Positions 8,696 through 18,221 are shown, counted from the first letter of the stretch. The stretch: DNA of 64,000 nucleotides from a virus (IMGVR_UViG_3300021426_000009:10121-74120); one strand, 5' to 3'. Notes: generated by a model from the letters alone, not told the origin. Numbers and translations are program-made.

Positions 8696-9415
8696 ATGTA
8701 TAGTGATTTGAAGGGTTACGTTCCCGAAAACGTAGAGTTTGTACTACCAGAGTACGTGAAGGAGATTTTCCCTGCCCAGCTGGATTTCTCAGCCATCGAG
8801 GGGCAGGACATCAAGAATGCCAACGATGCCATCAAGTTCATCGGCAAGGAGTTCGTGGCCACCTTCCCTGCAGGGGAGACTGTCATGAGAAAGCTGGATG
8901 ACTTCGAGATCAGCAATATCCGAGAGGAATACTGCGTGATGCAGGAGAACGAGGTGCCCAAGCGCAAGATGAACCTCGAGGAGACTTTGGAGGAAATCAA
9001 GGTCATGAAGAAGAAGGCCGAGCAGGCATACGACTCCATCCTCGAAGAGGTTGCCAAGTACGCAGCGGAGGTCAAGAGAGGGACAAGGGAGGTAGCCCTA
9101 TCGTCGAAGGAGACGTTCTGCATCGCACTGGCTGGCTACTATGCCATCTACACCTACGACAGGAACAAGAAGGTGTTCGTGCTGGCCAAGGCCTTCGAGG
9201 TGCACGACCATTCTGAGTTGTGGGCCAACGAGGAGAAGAACCGTGAGGCCATGCTGAAGCACTTCGGACTGGAGTTCCCAGAGGCACCGAAGCCCGAGGA
9301 GAACGAAGGCGATGACGATGACAAGGACAACAAGGGTGATGAAATTCCGTTCGCTGGAGAGGGTGACATCAACGACGATGAACCCGACGAGCAGGGAGAC
9401 GAATCCGAGGAGTAA
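8696..9415 (+). CDS. Hypothetical phage protein with acidic tail
   Basis: ORF track, 239 aa. Confidence 0.7.
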   Translation: MYSDLKGYVPENVEFVLPEYVKEIFPAQLDFSAIEGQDIKNANDAIKFIGKEFVATFPAGETVMRKLDDFEISNIREEYCVMQENEVPKRKMNLEETLEEIKVMKKKAEQAYDSILEEVAKYAAEVKRGTREVALSSKETFCIALAGYYAIYTYDRNKKVFVLAKAFEVHDHSELWANEEKNREAMLKHFGLEFPEAPKPEENEGDDDDKDNKGDEIPFAGEGDINDDEPDEQGDESEE

Positions 9416-9418
9416 CAC

Positions 9419-9444
9419 GGAGGGAGTAAAATCCCTCCTTTATT
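9419..9444 (+). terminator. Putative intrinsic terminator or processing hairpin
   Basis: GGAGGGA-GTAAAA-TCCCTCC followed by TTTATT. Confidence 0.5.
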
Positions 9445-9458
9445 CACTTTAGGAGAGT

Positions 9459-10634
9459 ATGCAATATCAGTTAAGAAACTATCAGAAGGCGGCAAGCGAT
9501 GCGGCAGTCGGTGCATTCACCTCGAAGAGGGAGAGCAACGGTCTGCTCATCCTGCCCACTGGTGCTGGAAAGAGCCTGGTCATTGCAGACATAGCGCACA
9601 GGCTGGATGGGCCTCTGCTCATCCTTCAGCCGTCGAAGGAGATACTGGAACAGAACTTTGCCAAGCTGCAGAGCTACGGCTGCTGGGACGCAGGCATCTA
9701 CTCGGCCTCCGTCGGCAGGAAGGACATCAACAGGATTACGTTCGCCACGATAGGCAGCGTGATGAACCACATGGAGTACTTCGAGCATTTCAGGAACGTG
9801 ATGATAGACGAGTGTCATGGGGTGAACAGCAAAGAGGGCATGTACGAGGAGTTCCTTCATGCCGTACCGAGGAAGGTTGTCGGACTGACGGCCACCCCCT
9901 ATCGTCTCGGACGTGGCTCGGAAGGCATGTCCATGCTGAAATTCCTCACTCGTACACGACCGAGGATTTTCGACAGGGTGCTGTACTATTGCCAGATCGG
10001 TGAGCTGCTGGCCAAGGGCTACCTTGCAGACCTGCACTACTACGACCTGACGACCATCAGACTTGACAGGGTCAGGAGCAACTCTACTGGAGCGGACTAT
10101 GACGAGAAGAGCTTGAAGCAAGAGTATGAGAGGAGCGGCTTCTACGACAAGCTGACAACGACCGTGCTCAGGGTCATGAAGCCGAAAAGCGGCATCCCGA
10201 GGAACGGCATACTGGTGTTCACTCGGTTCATCGAGGAGGCGGACAACCTCGTCGACAAGCTGAGGATAAAAGGCATTCAGGCTGCCATCGTGACGGGAGA
10301 GACACCCAAGCGTGAGAGGGAGAGCATACTGGAGAGGTTCAAGGCCGGAGAGATAAGGGTCGTGGCCAATGTTGGAACACTCACAACAGGCTTCGACTAC
10401 CCAGAGCTCGACACCATCATACTGGCACGTCCTACGAAGAGCCTTGCGCTGTACTACCAGATGGTGGGCAGGGCCATCCGTCCGCACAAGGGAAAGGAAG
10501 GCTGGGTCATAGACCTCGGCGGTACGTTCAGGCGCTTCGGCAACGTGGCAGACCTTAGGATAGAATGCCCTCCAGGCACGAGCAAGTGGGCCGTGTACTC
10601 GAGGGGAAGACAGTTGACAAACGTGAATTTCTGA
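9459..10634 (+). CDS. SF2 DEAD/DEAH-box helicase (RadD/YejH-like)
   Basis: LPTGAGKS, DECH, GLTATP, TGFD and QMVGRAIR motifs. Confidence 0.95.
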   Translation: MQYQLRNYQKAASDAAVGAFTSKRESNGLLILPTGAGKSLVIADIAHRLDGPLLILQPSKEILEQNFAKLQSYGCWDAGIYSASVGRKDINRITFATIGSVMNHMEYFEHFRNVMIDECHGVNSKEGMYEEFLHAVPRKVVGLTATPYRLGRGSEGMSMLKFLTRTRPRIFDRVLYYCQIGELLAKGYLADLHYYDLTTIRLDRVRSNSTGADYDEKSLKQEYERSGFYDKLTTTVLRVMKPKSGIPRNGILVFTRFIEEADNLVDKLRIKGIQAAIVTGETPKRERESILERFKAGEIRVVANVGTLTTGFDYPELDTIILARPTKSLALYYQMVGRAIRPHKGKEGWVIDLGGTFRRFGNVADLRIECPPGTSKWAVYSRGRQLTNVNF

Positions 10635-10638
10635 AGAT

Positions 10639-10974
10639 ATGGATAAGAAGATATATTTGTCAGGCCCCATAAGCGGCCATGACTATGCAAAGACGAAGGC
10701 TTTCTTCTACAAGGTGCAGAAGATGCTGGAGGAGAAGGGATATGAGGTGTACAATCCGATGGCCAACGGACTGCCGGAGGATGCGCCCACCCATGACCAC
10801 ATGCGCATGGATTTCAAGATGCTGTGCGAGTGCGACGAGATACTGATGTTCCCAAGATGGAGCCACAGCGCAGGATGCGCGAGAGAGTTTGAAAATGCGG
10901 TGTCCATCGGCTGCAGGGTGAAGTTCCTTGTCAGCGCAGATCCGTTCACCGTGGTAGACACCCAGTTCGATTAG
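10639..10974 (+). CDS. DUF4406-family protein (nucleoside deoxyribosyltransferase-like fold)
   Basis: KIYLSGPISG, VYNP and WSHSAGCARE motifs. Confidence 0.85.
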   Translation: MDKKIYLSGPISGHDYAKTKAFFYKVQKMLEEKGYEVYNPMANGLPEDAPTHDHMRMDFKMLCECDEILMFPRWSHSAGCAREFENAVSIGCRVKFLVSADPFTVVDTQFD

Positions 10975-10977
10975 CCT

Positions 10978-11472
10978 ATGTTCCAGTGGTACGGAAGAAA
11001 GAAGAAGGCCAAGAAGGACGATGAGCCGTCCCTCTTTCCCAAGACGAAGAAGACTACGGGACGCAGGGCTGCAGACCCAGTCAAGAAGCTCGACAAGGTG
11101 TTCAGCGCATACATACGTCTGCGTGACACCATGCCCAACGGATGCTTCCGCTGCATCAGCTGCGGACACATCTTCAGGTTCGAGGAGGGTGACTGCGGGC
11201 ACTTCCATTCGAGGGTTCACATGGCGACGAGGTGGGAGCCGGACAATGCGCACATGGAATGCCGTGGATGCAACAGGGTGAAGGCTGACCATCTGATAAA
11301 GTACAGGCGCAACCTCATCGAGAAGATAGGACTCGACAGGGTGGCCAGGCTCGAGACGATGGCTGACTCCACGAAGCACTGGATGGACTTCGAGCTGCAG
11401 GAGAAGATCGACTACTTCACCAGAGAGGTGAAAAGGCTCAGTCAGGAGAAAGGTATAAACGTGAAAATCTGA
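10978..11472 (+). CDS. ninG: NinG/Rap-like Holliday junction endonuclease
   Basis: LDKVFSAYIRLRD, CISCG, DCGHFHSR, TRW...N..MECRGCN motifs. Confidence 0.88.
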   Translation: MFQWYGRKKKAKKDDEPSLFPKTKKTTGRRAADPVKKLDKVFSAYIRLRDTMPNGCFRCISCGHIFRFEEGDCGHFHSRVHMATRWEPDNAHMECRGCNRVKADHLIKYRRNLIEKIGLDRVARLETMADSTKHWMDFELQEKIDYFTREVKRLSQEKGINVKI

Positions 11473-11511
11473 AAAAATGTTAGCAACAATGCGATTTCTC
11501 GGAAAAATGTG

Positions 11512-11541
11512 CTTGATTTTCAATCATTTTTTGTACCTTTG
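11512..11541 (+). promoter_or_regulatory. Promoter of the replication operon (-7 TACCTTTG at 11534) with CTTGA-TTT-TCAAT palindrome
   Basis: Near-identical architecture to promoters at 23314-23343 and 33391-33420. Confidence 0.7.
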
Positions 11542-11555
11542 CAAAAGAAATCAAA

Positions 11556-11670
11556 CATTCTGCTTAGTGACATTCGCAGAAGTAAGTGGAAAGATATTTA
11601 GGGTTCTAAGCAGTCTGGCTTCTAATGTCACCTTCGAAAGAAGAGAGGTCAGCTGTTTGGGACCTTTTAC
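11556..11670 (+). ncRNA. Structured 5' leader of the replication initiator gene
   Basis: Complementary boxes 11560-67/11606-13 and 11567-74/11624-31; CTTC-GAAA-GAAG hairpin; AGGTC/GACCT stem followed by T's. Confidence 0.5.
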
Positions 11671-11678
11671 ATACTGAT

Positions 11679-12566
11679 ATGGCGACAGGAGACATAAAGT
11701 TGAACCGCTTGATAACGGAAGACCCTCTATACAGGAAGGAGCCGTTCACGAAATGGCAGGCATGGCTTGACCTCATCCTGTCGGCCTGCTATGAGCCCGG
11801 AGACATGTTCGTCAGGGGCATCAAGGTCAAGATGAAGAGGGGGAGCGTGTACAAGAGTGCCATGGAACTGGCGGAACGCTGGAAATGGAGCCGTGGCAAG
11901 GTCGAGCGCTTCATAGCCTACCTCGCAGAGGAGAAGAGGATCGTCCTGCAGAAGAGCAAGGTCATCAGCAGTATGGCCATCGTAGGATATGACGCATATG
12001 CGATTGATGATGACGGCTCTCAGGATGCGGTGCTTCAGAAGCTCATGGCGCAGATGTCGGAACTCAAGGAGAGGGTGGATGCGAGCGAACAGCCCATCCT
12101 CACTCCCGAGGAGCCGAAGGCTGAGACGAAGAAGACCCCGAGGAAGAAGAACGTGAATCCCCTCATCACGAAGGGCAGGGAGGTCTTCGAGTCGAAGTAC
12201 TCAGACTTGTTCGACGGAGCGGCATACTACTGGCAGGCCAAGGATGCGGCAGCCATGGACTCCCTGACTAAGAAGATAATATACGCACGCAAGCAGAAGA
12301 ACATGCCCACAGAGGATGACGATGTCATCAAGGCCCTCGTGGTACTTCTTGACTCGATAGTCGACCCGTGGGTGACGAAGAACTTCAGCGTGACGAACAT
12401 AAACAGCAAGTATAACGAGATCGTTGCTCAGGCAAGGGCTGCGGTCACAAGTGGAAAAGGCAATGGAACTAATCAATCTACAAAGGAGGCTCGAGCCAAC
12501 GATGCAGCCAGCATTATCGCCCGACTTGCAGCGCAAGAAGGAAACGATGATAGCCCGGTACGGTGA
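11679..12566 (+). CDS. Phage replication initiator protein
   Basis: GDIKLNR...LY...F...QAWLDL and ELAERWKWSRGKVERFI wHTH typical of Bacteroidetes phage initiators. Confidence 0.75.
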   Translation: MATGDIKLNRLITEDPLYRKEPFTKWQAWLDLILSACYEPGDMFVRGIKVKMKRGSVYKSAMELAERWKWSRGKVERFIAYLAEEKRIVLQKSKVISSMAIVGYDAYAIDDDGSQDAVLQKLMAQMSELKERVDASEQPILTPEEPKAETKKTPRKKNVNPLITKGREVFESKYSDLFDGAAYYWQAKDAAAMDSLTKKIIYARKQKNMPTEDDDVIKALVVLLDSIVDPWVTKNFSVTNINSKYNEIVAQARAAVTSGKGNGTNQSTKEARANDAASIIARLAAQEGNDDSPVR

Positions 12567-13293
12567 CAGGCAGACGTTCCTGTCGAAGTTCAACCCTGAC
12601 CTGCAGATGAGGATCTGCAAGGACAAGCAGCTTTGCTTCTTCGGTGATGCGCCAGTGCTCTCGGAACTGAATATGACCTACGGGGAAATGACGGCAACGA
12701 TGTGGCTGATACCACAGCTGTACGACCTCTCGGAATACTGTGGATGCAAAGAGAAGCTGCAGGGACGTCCCCTCGAGCAGTGTGCCAGCGTGATAGCGGC
12801 AGAGTTCTTCTACCTGAAGGTGTCGGAGCTGATGCTGTTCTTCCATAGGTTCAAGTCGGGAAGGTACGGCAGGTTCTACGGCTCGGTTGACCCGATGGTC
12901 ATCACGACGTCACTGAGGACATTCCTCACGGAGCGTGTCACGGAAATCGAGGAGAGGGACAAGAGGGAGAAGGAGATTGCCGACAGGGAGGCACGTAAGG
13001 GAGCGATAACCTATGAGGAGTATGTGGCAAGGAACGGCAGGATGGAGAACGTCACCGCAGACCCTCTCAGGAACCCGATAGCAGCCGTTGCACGTCCGCA
13101 AAGGACGGAGAGGAAGGCGATGACAGAGGATGAGCTCTTGAAGATGGCTCATGACATCGTGGACAACATCTACAATGCCGACGAGAGTACGATGGACAGC
13201 TTCAGGAAGGCATTCAGGAGATATGCCAATGCCGACCCCGAGGACTATCTGAAGACTCACTCAGGAAACCCTCAAAGGGATTCAAGACCGTGA
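12463..13293 (+). CDS. Putative helicase loader / replication partner (DUF6633-like)
   Basis: Overlaps the initiator; LKVSELMLFFHRFKSGRYGRFYGSVDP motif. Confidence 0.6.
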   Translation: MELINLQRRLEPTMQPALSPDLQRKKETMIARYGDRQTFLSKFNPDLQMRICKDKQLCFFGDAPVLSELNMTYGEMTATMWLIPQLYDLSEYCGCKEKLQGRPLEQCASVIAAEFFYLKVSELMLFFHRFKSGRYGRFYGSVDPMVITTSLRTFLTERVTEIEERDKREKEIADREARKGAITYEEYVARNGRMENVTADPLRNPIAAVARPQRTERKAMTEDELLKMAHDIVDNIYNADESTMDSFRKAFRRYANADPEDYLKTHSGNPQRDSRP

Positions 13294-13392
13294 TTAAGAC
13301 CGAAAACGTTTGACTAAGAGCTGAAAGATGAATAACTTTAAACAATATACAGGAAACAAGATTCTAACGGAAACTGAAAGAGCAATGAAGAT

Positions 13393-14868
13393 ATGACTTA
13401 CAACGAGATAACATTATGGAGACACTTCATGCAGGGAAAGGGAGTCCTGAGTAACTTCGAGTACCTGTACAAAGCCCACAGGTTCGACAAGAGGGACCTC
13501 GACAAGTACTTGGAGGACACTCTCGCAGAGGACGTCATCCTGTCGGCATTCGACTTCACGGGAGCAGGCAACACCATCTTCGGATTCAAGTACTGGAAGG
13601 AAATGGATCAGAAGTGGCAGCTGAAGCTCCGTGAGTTCAGGATGTCTGGCAACATGATAGGAGAAATGAAGGTCGTCTGTCCGCACTGCAACCGCTCTCT
13701 CCCGAAATCGAACTTCGCCTACAACCCGAAGGGACAGCTCCACAAGCATTGCAGGGAGTGCGAGTCGGGCGAATGGGACAGGAAGAAGAAGGAGGCCGAG
13801 AAGAAGGCCCTGGAGCAGGAACGTCTTGCCAAGGAGGCACGTCAGCTGGAGAAGGAGATAGCAGAGAAGCAGGCCAAGCTCGAGAGGATGACTGCCACCA
13901 TGTCGGACACCCCAGCGGAGCCGGTCCTGAACGGAAGGGAGGAGACGGCACGTCAGCAGATAGCCGAGAGCCAGGCCAACCTCGGGAAGACCACGAAGGT
14001 ATGCAGCCATTGCGGAAAGCGCAAGCTGAAGTCGGAGTTCGACAAGTCGGACACGACGGAGGACGGCCTCCAGTCGTGGTGCAGGACATGCCAGAGTGCT
14101 GCATCCAATGTCAGCAATGAGACGGACTGGCAGTATGAACGTGAGGAGAAGAAGAAGGCCATCATCGCACAGGCGAAGCCGGTGAGCATAGAGAAGCTGA
14201 CCGCACCGAGGCTTGGCGAGTATGACGCAACCCTCCACTACAAGTCCAATCAGAAGAGCATCACGTTCAATGCAGTCCTTTCGGAACAGCTGCAGAAGGG
14301 GCAGTTCACGAAATGCTACCTGAACAGCGACAGGTCGCACCGCCAGTTCCTCATCTTCAATCGTGTGGACGGTGCCAATGTCGTGGGTGTCAGCAGCCGT
14401 GCATCCATGCTGCTGGGCATCAACTCGGCAGACATAGTCCGCAGCCTCGGAGCAAGGTTCAACCTGAATATTGGAGAGAACTACTACCTGCACATCACTC
14501 GCAACCTGTCGAGGACAAGCGACATAGTGACTGTCGAGATACTGGCCGCCCGCACAAGGGAGGAATATGTGAAGATCGCCCAGCGACGTGAGGAGAAGTC
14601 GGGCAGTGAGGAGTCGGAGGTCCAGGAACCTGAGGTGACGGAGGAGAAGCCCGTGGTGGAGACACCGAAGGAGGAAGAGAGTCAGGCATCCTCCCAGCCC
14701 CTGCTGGACTTCGACACCGAGCCGTCTCAGGGTATAAATGCAGAGAAGATACTGGAAAATCTGACAGACCGCAATCTCCTGTCGGAGCGGGACCTCGCAA
14801 AGTTCCTTCACAAGAGAGGATGGAAGCTGCAGGAGCCGGTAAGGTCATATAAGAAGTTCACGCTATGA
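13393..14868 (+). CDS. Large hypothetical protein with two Cys4 zinc-ribbon modules and a coiled coil
   Basis: CPHC...CREC and CSHC...CRTC. Confidence 0.75.
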   Translation: MTYNEITLWRHFMQGKGVLSNFEYLYKAHRFDKRDLDKYLEDTLAEDVILSAFDFTGAGNTIFGFKYWKEMDQKWQLKLREFRMSGNMIGEMKVVCPHCNRSLPKSNFAYNPKGQLHKHCRECESGEWDRKKKEAEKKALEQERLAKEARQLEKEIAEKQAKLERMTATMSDTPAEPVLNGREETARQQIAESQANLGKTTKVCSHCGKRKLKSEFDKSDTTEDGLQSWCRTCQSAASNVSNETDWQYEREEKKKAIIAQAKPVSIEKLTAPRLGEYDATLHYKSNQKSITFNAVLSEQLQKGQFTKCYLNSDRSHRQFLIFNRVDGANVVGVSSRASMLLGINSADIVRSLGARFNLNIGENYYLHITRNLSRTSDIVTVEILAARTREEYVKIAQRREEKSGSEESEVQEPEVTEEKPVVETPKEEESQASSQPLLDFDTEPSQGINAEKILENLTDRNLLSERDLAKFLHKRGWKLQEPVRSYKKFTL

Positions 14869-15062
14869 GGAAGTCGGAACAGATACTGGAGGGCATATTC
14901 GAGAGGTTCTTGGAGAGGGCACTCGAATACGGACACAGCAGGGAATCGGCAGAGCTGGTCATACAGGAGACGAAGAATACGATACATAGTCAGGACAGCC
15001 GCTATGCCAACGTGATAAGTGTTTTGAAACAAAAGTCTAACGAAATATTCAAAAGCGCATGA
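14865..15062 (+). CDS. Hypothetical protein
   Basis: ATGA-coupled ORF. Confidence 0.55.
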   Translation: MRKSEQILEGIFERFLERALEYGHSRESAELVIQETKNTIHSQDSRYANVISVLKQKSNEIFKSA

Positions 15063-16213
15063 AGAAGAAAGAGATTGAGAGGTGCACTCACATCAACCTA
15101 CGCACCAACCCGAAGGACATTCTCGAGACGATGCTGTTGGAGCTTCCGACGGTGAAGTATTTCTTTCAGAAGGACTTCGGAGGAAAGAACAAGTTCCTGA
15201 AGAAGGAGGACCAGATGCTTGACAAGGCACTGGAGGAGGAGAAGTCGCAGATAACGGACATCAGCGAGTACATATCGCCCAAGGGAAACCGATGGATGTC
15301 CTATAACTTCGTGGAGTTCTTCCCGAGAGCCAAGTATGCACAGGCATGGCCTACGTCGTTCATCTACTATGAGACCTACGGCTCATGCGGAGCCTTCTTC
15401 CCCCTGTACCGCAAGTCGAGGAAGAAGAAGAGCAACGGCAGGATAAGCGAGATTTACGGAGTGCTCGTGTTCACCTCCCATTTCTTCCAACGCATGTCTG
15501 AGCGTACTGGCAAGGCCTACAGGTCGAGGGAGCTGATTCAGGAGTTCATCACCACCAAGGAGACGCATGCCGGACAGGCCGACGAGGATGGAGAGGTCAT
15601 CATGAAGTTCAAGGGCGGTTACGGATTCGGTGTCAAGAGAAGTGACGAGCCGTATGTCCTGGAGGTGAGGACGTACCTCACGGACGAGCAACTGTCCCCA
15701 TCACAGAAGCGCAAGTGCGAGAGAATCGATGCCTTTGCGGAGCTGATAGAGGACGGCACATTCATCAAGGAGGTGTCGAACCATACTGCATACCACTCTA
15801 CGAACACCCCAGAGCAGGACATGGATAAGGCAATGCACAACCTCGAGCTGGCCAAGAAGATCGGTGCAGACCGCTTCATCATGCTCGCAGGCATGGTGCA
15901 TGTGGCCTTCCTGAAGATGATGACAGACATTCTCGGGATGAGCCTCGGTGACATCAGCGCGGCACAGAACGTGTTCATTGGCAACGAGACCCAGGAGTGC
16001 TTTTCGGACTTCGTGAACAAGTACGAGAAATTCGACGGACGGACGGCCACCAAGGAGGAGAACGACAAGTTCATGAAGGACCTCGTCGACTCCATGGAAG
16101 CTGCCGGAAAGAAGCTGAAGATTAGGAGCATGACACGGGATGCCATAGAGAAGCGCATCAGGGAGGTCGTGGAAAACAGTAAAGAGACCTGTAGGAAATT
16201 CGAAAATGGATGA
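15059..16213 (+). CDS. Hypothetical protein, 384 aa
   Basis: Long ORF with phage codon usage; ATGA-coupled. Confidence 0.75.
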   Translation: MKKKEIERCTHINLRTNPKDILETMLLELPTVKYFFQKDFGGKNKFLKKEDQMLDKALEEEKSQITDISEYISPKGNRWMSYNFVEFFPRAKYAQAWPTSFIYYETYGSCGAFFPLYRKSRKKKSNGRISEIYGVLVFTSHFFQRMSERTGKAYRSRELIQEFITTKETHAGQADEDGEVIMKFKGGYGFGVKRSDEPYVLEVRTYLTDEQLSPSQKRKCERIDAFAELIEDGTFIKEVSNHTAYHSTNTPEQDMDKAMHNLELAKKIGADRFIMLAGMVHVAFLKMMTDILGMSLGDISAAQNVFIGNETQECFSDFVNKYEKFDGRTATKEENDKFMKDLVDSMEAAGKKLKIRSMTRDAIEKRIREVVENSKETCRKFENG

Positions 16214-16538
16214 GAAGATGAAGATTCTTGAACTGCCCCTGAAGTCAACATGGTATCTGATGATAGAACTGGGTATCAAGATTGAGGAGTACCGTGAGAT
16301 AAAGCAGTACTGGTGTAAGCGGCTCCTCGGACTTGACACGACTCTCTTCTCATACAGGAACGGCTATCAGTCGTGCAACGTGAAGGGCTATACGCACGTC
16401 CGTTTCCGCTACGGATATACGAAGAGGACAATGCTCTTCAGGATAGAGGACATCGTCATCGGCAGGGGCAATCCAGAGTGGGGAGCACCTGCGGAGAATG
16501 TATTCATCATCAAGATTGGAGAAAGGACTGGAGTATGA
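16206..16538 (+). CDS. ASCH/PUA-like domain protein
   Basis: LPLKSTWYLMIELGIKIEEYRE and V.FRYGY motifs. Confidence 0.75.
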   Translation: MDEKMKILELPLKSTWYLMIELGIKIEEYREIKQYWCKRLLGLDTTLFSYRNGYQSCNVKGYTHVRFRYGYTKRTMLFRIEDIVIGRGNPEWGAPAENVFIIKIGERTGV

Positions 16539-16693
16539 TAATCGTGGAACATGACAGAGGCTATAACCTCAGCTATATGGAGAGGGAGGATCTGCTCTCC
16601 CTACGAGAACTGATAAGGAACGGAGGACTCACGGAGTCACGAAGGTGGCACGGTGTCCTTGTCGAGATAAACGCAATCTTAAAGGACAAGTGA
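16535..16693 (+). CDS. Small hypothetical protein
   Basis: ATG at 16535 overlaps the previous stop. Confidence 0.55.
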   Translation: MIIVEHDRGYNLSYMEREDLLSLRELIRNGGLTESRRWHGVLVEINAILKDK

Positions 16694-16694
16694 T

Positions 16695-16922
16695 ATGGAG
16701 AATATGTTTGCCAACGACCCTGCAATGAGACACAGGGACAAGAAAGGCCGCTACGCAACAGCAGAGCGTGCCTATGCCGATAAGGCCATTGAGGAGAACA
16801 AGATGCTCAGGCATCAGGTCGAGAAATTCAAGCGTGCATGGATGGCTGCCGTCGACAACTCGTCGATGTGGCAGAGGAAGTACACGGAGCTGCTTACCAA
16901 GGTGAGGGAGGTGGCTCTATAA
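16695..16922 (+). CDS. Hypothetical protein
   Basis: ORF track. Confidence 0.6.
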   Translation: MENMFANDPAMRHRDKKGRYATAERAYADKAIEENKMLRHQVEKFKRAWMAAVDNSSMWQRKYTELLTKVREVAL

Positions 16923-16937
16923 AACGAAGTTTCGATT

Positions 16938-17036
16938 ATGACAACGTTTTGTTTGATATTCGCAGCCGGAATGGTCGTGGGCTTTATGCTCGGAATAACT
17001 GCCGTAGCACTTTTGGGAATGAATAAGGACAAGTGA
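16938..17036 (+). CDS. 32-aa single-TM peptide (not in ORF track)
   Basis: MTTFCLIFAAGMVVGFMLGITAVALLGMNKDK; translated by hand. Confidence 0.55.
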   Translation: MTTFCLIFAAGMVVGFMLGITAVALLGMNKDK

Positions 17037-17278
17037 GCTTTATGGTATTGAGAAACATCATCCAAGACAGGTTCAGACAATATGCAAAGATAGCGTTTGA
17101 ACATGTATTTACGAGGAACGAGATTGAGTACGTGCTGAGTCAGACCATGAGGGATCTGACTGCTTCGCAGAAAAGTCGTCGTCCCTTCAGGCTGATGGAT
17201 TCTCTCAGGTCAAGGACAGACCAGGTCATGAAGGCAAGGAAAGATGTTGAGGAACTTTTAAACGAACTGAACCTATGA
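17033..17278 (+). CDS. Hypothetical protein
   Basis: ORF track; true start may be ATG 17042. Confidence 0.5.
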   Translation: MSFMVLRNIIQDRFRQYAKIAFEHVFTRNEIEYVLSQTMRDLTASQKSRRPFRLMDSLRSRTDQVMKARKDVEELLNELNL

Positions 17279-17433
17279 ATAGAGATTTCTGCTACTGCAA
17301 AGGAAGGAACTGCAGGCTCCGTGATCTGTGCAAGCGATACCTCGAAGGGACGAGAATCAACGAGGACGCTGGCAACTACTGGTGGATAGATAATTGTGAC
17401 GAGGAGACAAGAGAGTGTTATATCAGGGAATAG
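17275..17433 (+). CDS. 52-aa Cys-rich protein (not in ORF track)
   Basis: MNRDFCYCKGRNCRLRDLCKRYLEGTRINEDAGNYWWIDNCDEETRECYIRE; ATGA-coupled to the upstream gene. Confidence 0.65.
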   Translation: MNRDFCYCKGRNCRLRDLCKRYLEGTRINEDAGNYWWIDNCDEETRECYIRE

Positions 17434-17436
17434 GAC

Positions 17437-17724
17437 ATGGCAAAGAAGTACAAGTACAAGCGTGAGCATTTCGACTCCAACGAGGAGTATGCCAGTTTCA
17501 GGAAGCGTGCTACGGCTGGCTACAGGAAATGGCTCGAAAAGCATGAGAAGGAGCATCCTGAATACAAGGAACGCAGGATTCTCCGTCAGAGGCTTTACTC
17601 GAGGTACTACTGGCATGGGGACGGCAGGCAGACGTTCGCACAATGGCTGGAGGAGAACCTCGGGATAAAGGACATCAAGGTGGTTCCATTGGAGGATCTG
17701 AGGGTCATCGCAAGCAAAAGTTAA
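17437..17724 (+). CDS. Basic hypothetical protein
   Basis: ORF track. Confidence 0.6.
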   Translation: MAKKYKYKREHFDSNEEYASFRKRATAGYRKWLEKHEKEHPEYKERRILRQRLYSRYYWHGDGRQTFAQWLEENLGIKDIKVVPLEDLRVIASKS

Positions 17725-17843
17725 ACATTCTGAATATCAGGACGTTAGCCCGAAAATACTTGCGTTTTTCCTTGGTCATTTGCAAAAAAATGACTACCTT
17801 TACACTATAAAAAAAGAAACTCATCTAAAAGTTAAGAGCAATG
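17713..17843 (+). repeat. Promoter cassette repeat copy R1 (TTG-N20-TACCTTTA ... AAGAGCAATG)
   Basis: Shares AAAAGTTAAACATTCTGAA and an identical TTGCAAAAAAATGACTACCTTTACACTATAAA core with 31132-31257 and 38213-38342. Confidence 0.9.
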
Positions 17844-18221
17844 GATAAGAAACAAGAAATCGAGATTTTGCAGTCCCTAAAAGGTGACACCTACTTCGCA
17901 GACTTTTTCGGAAGTCATGACATCGACCAGATGTGCGAGAACATCAAGAACGACTTCGGGCTGGAATACTGCTGCACGTTCTATCAGAAGGCTTCCATCT
18001 TCGAGCAGCAGGTCAAGGAAGCCAAGAAAAAAGCCCAGGAGGACAAGCAGAACTTTGTTCGAGGTCTGATTGAGGACTTCGAGGGTAGCATTCCGATGCA
18101 GATTTATGACCGACTGGTTGATGCCGTCGGACAGTTGTTCATCATCAACTTCAAGAGAGAACAGAACTATCCGCTGACGGAAGCCGAGATCGACTGGCTC
18201 GTAAAGGAAGCGAACAAGTAA
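17841..18221 (+). CDS. Hypothetical protein (island 1)
   Basis: First gene behind R1. Confidence 0.75.
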   Translation: MDKKQEIEILQSLKGDTYFADFFGSHDIDQMCENIKNDFGLEYCCTFYQKASIFEQQVKEAKKKAQEDKQNFVRGLIEDFEGSIPMQIYDRLVDAVGQLFIINFKREQNYPLTEAEIDWLVKEANK

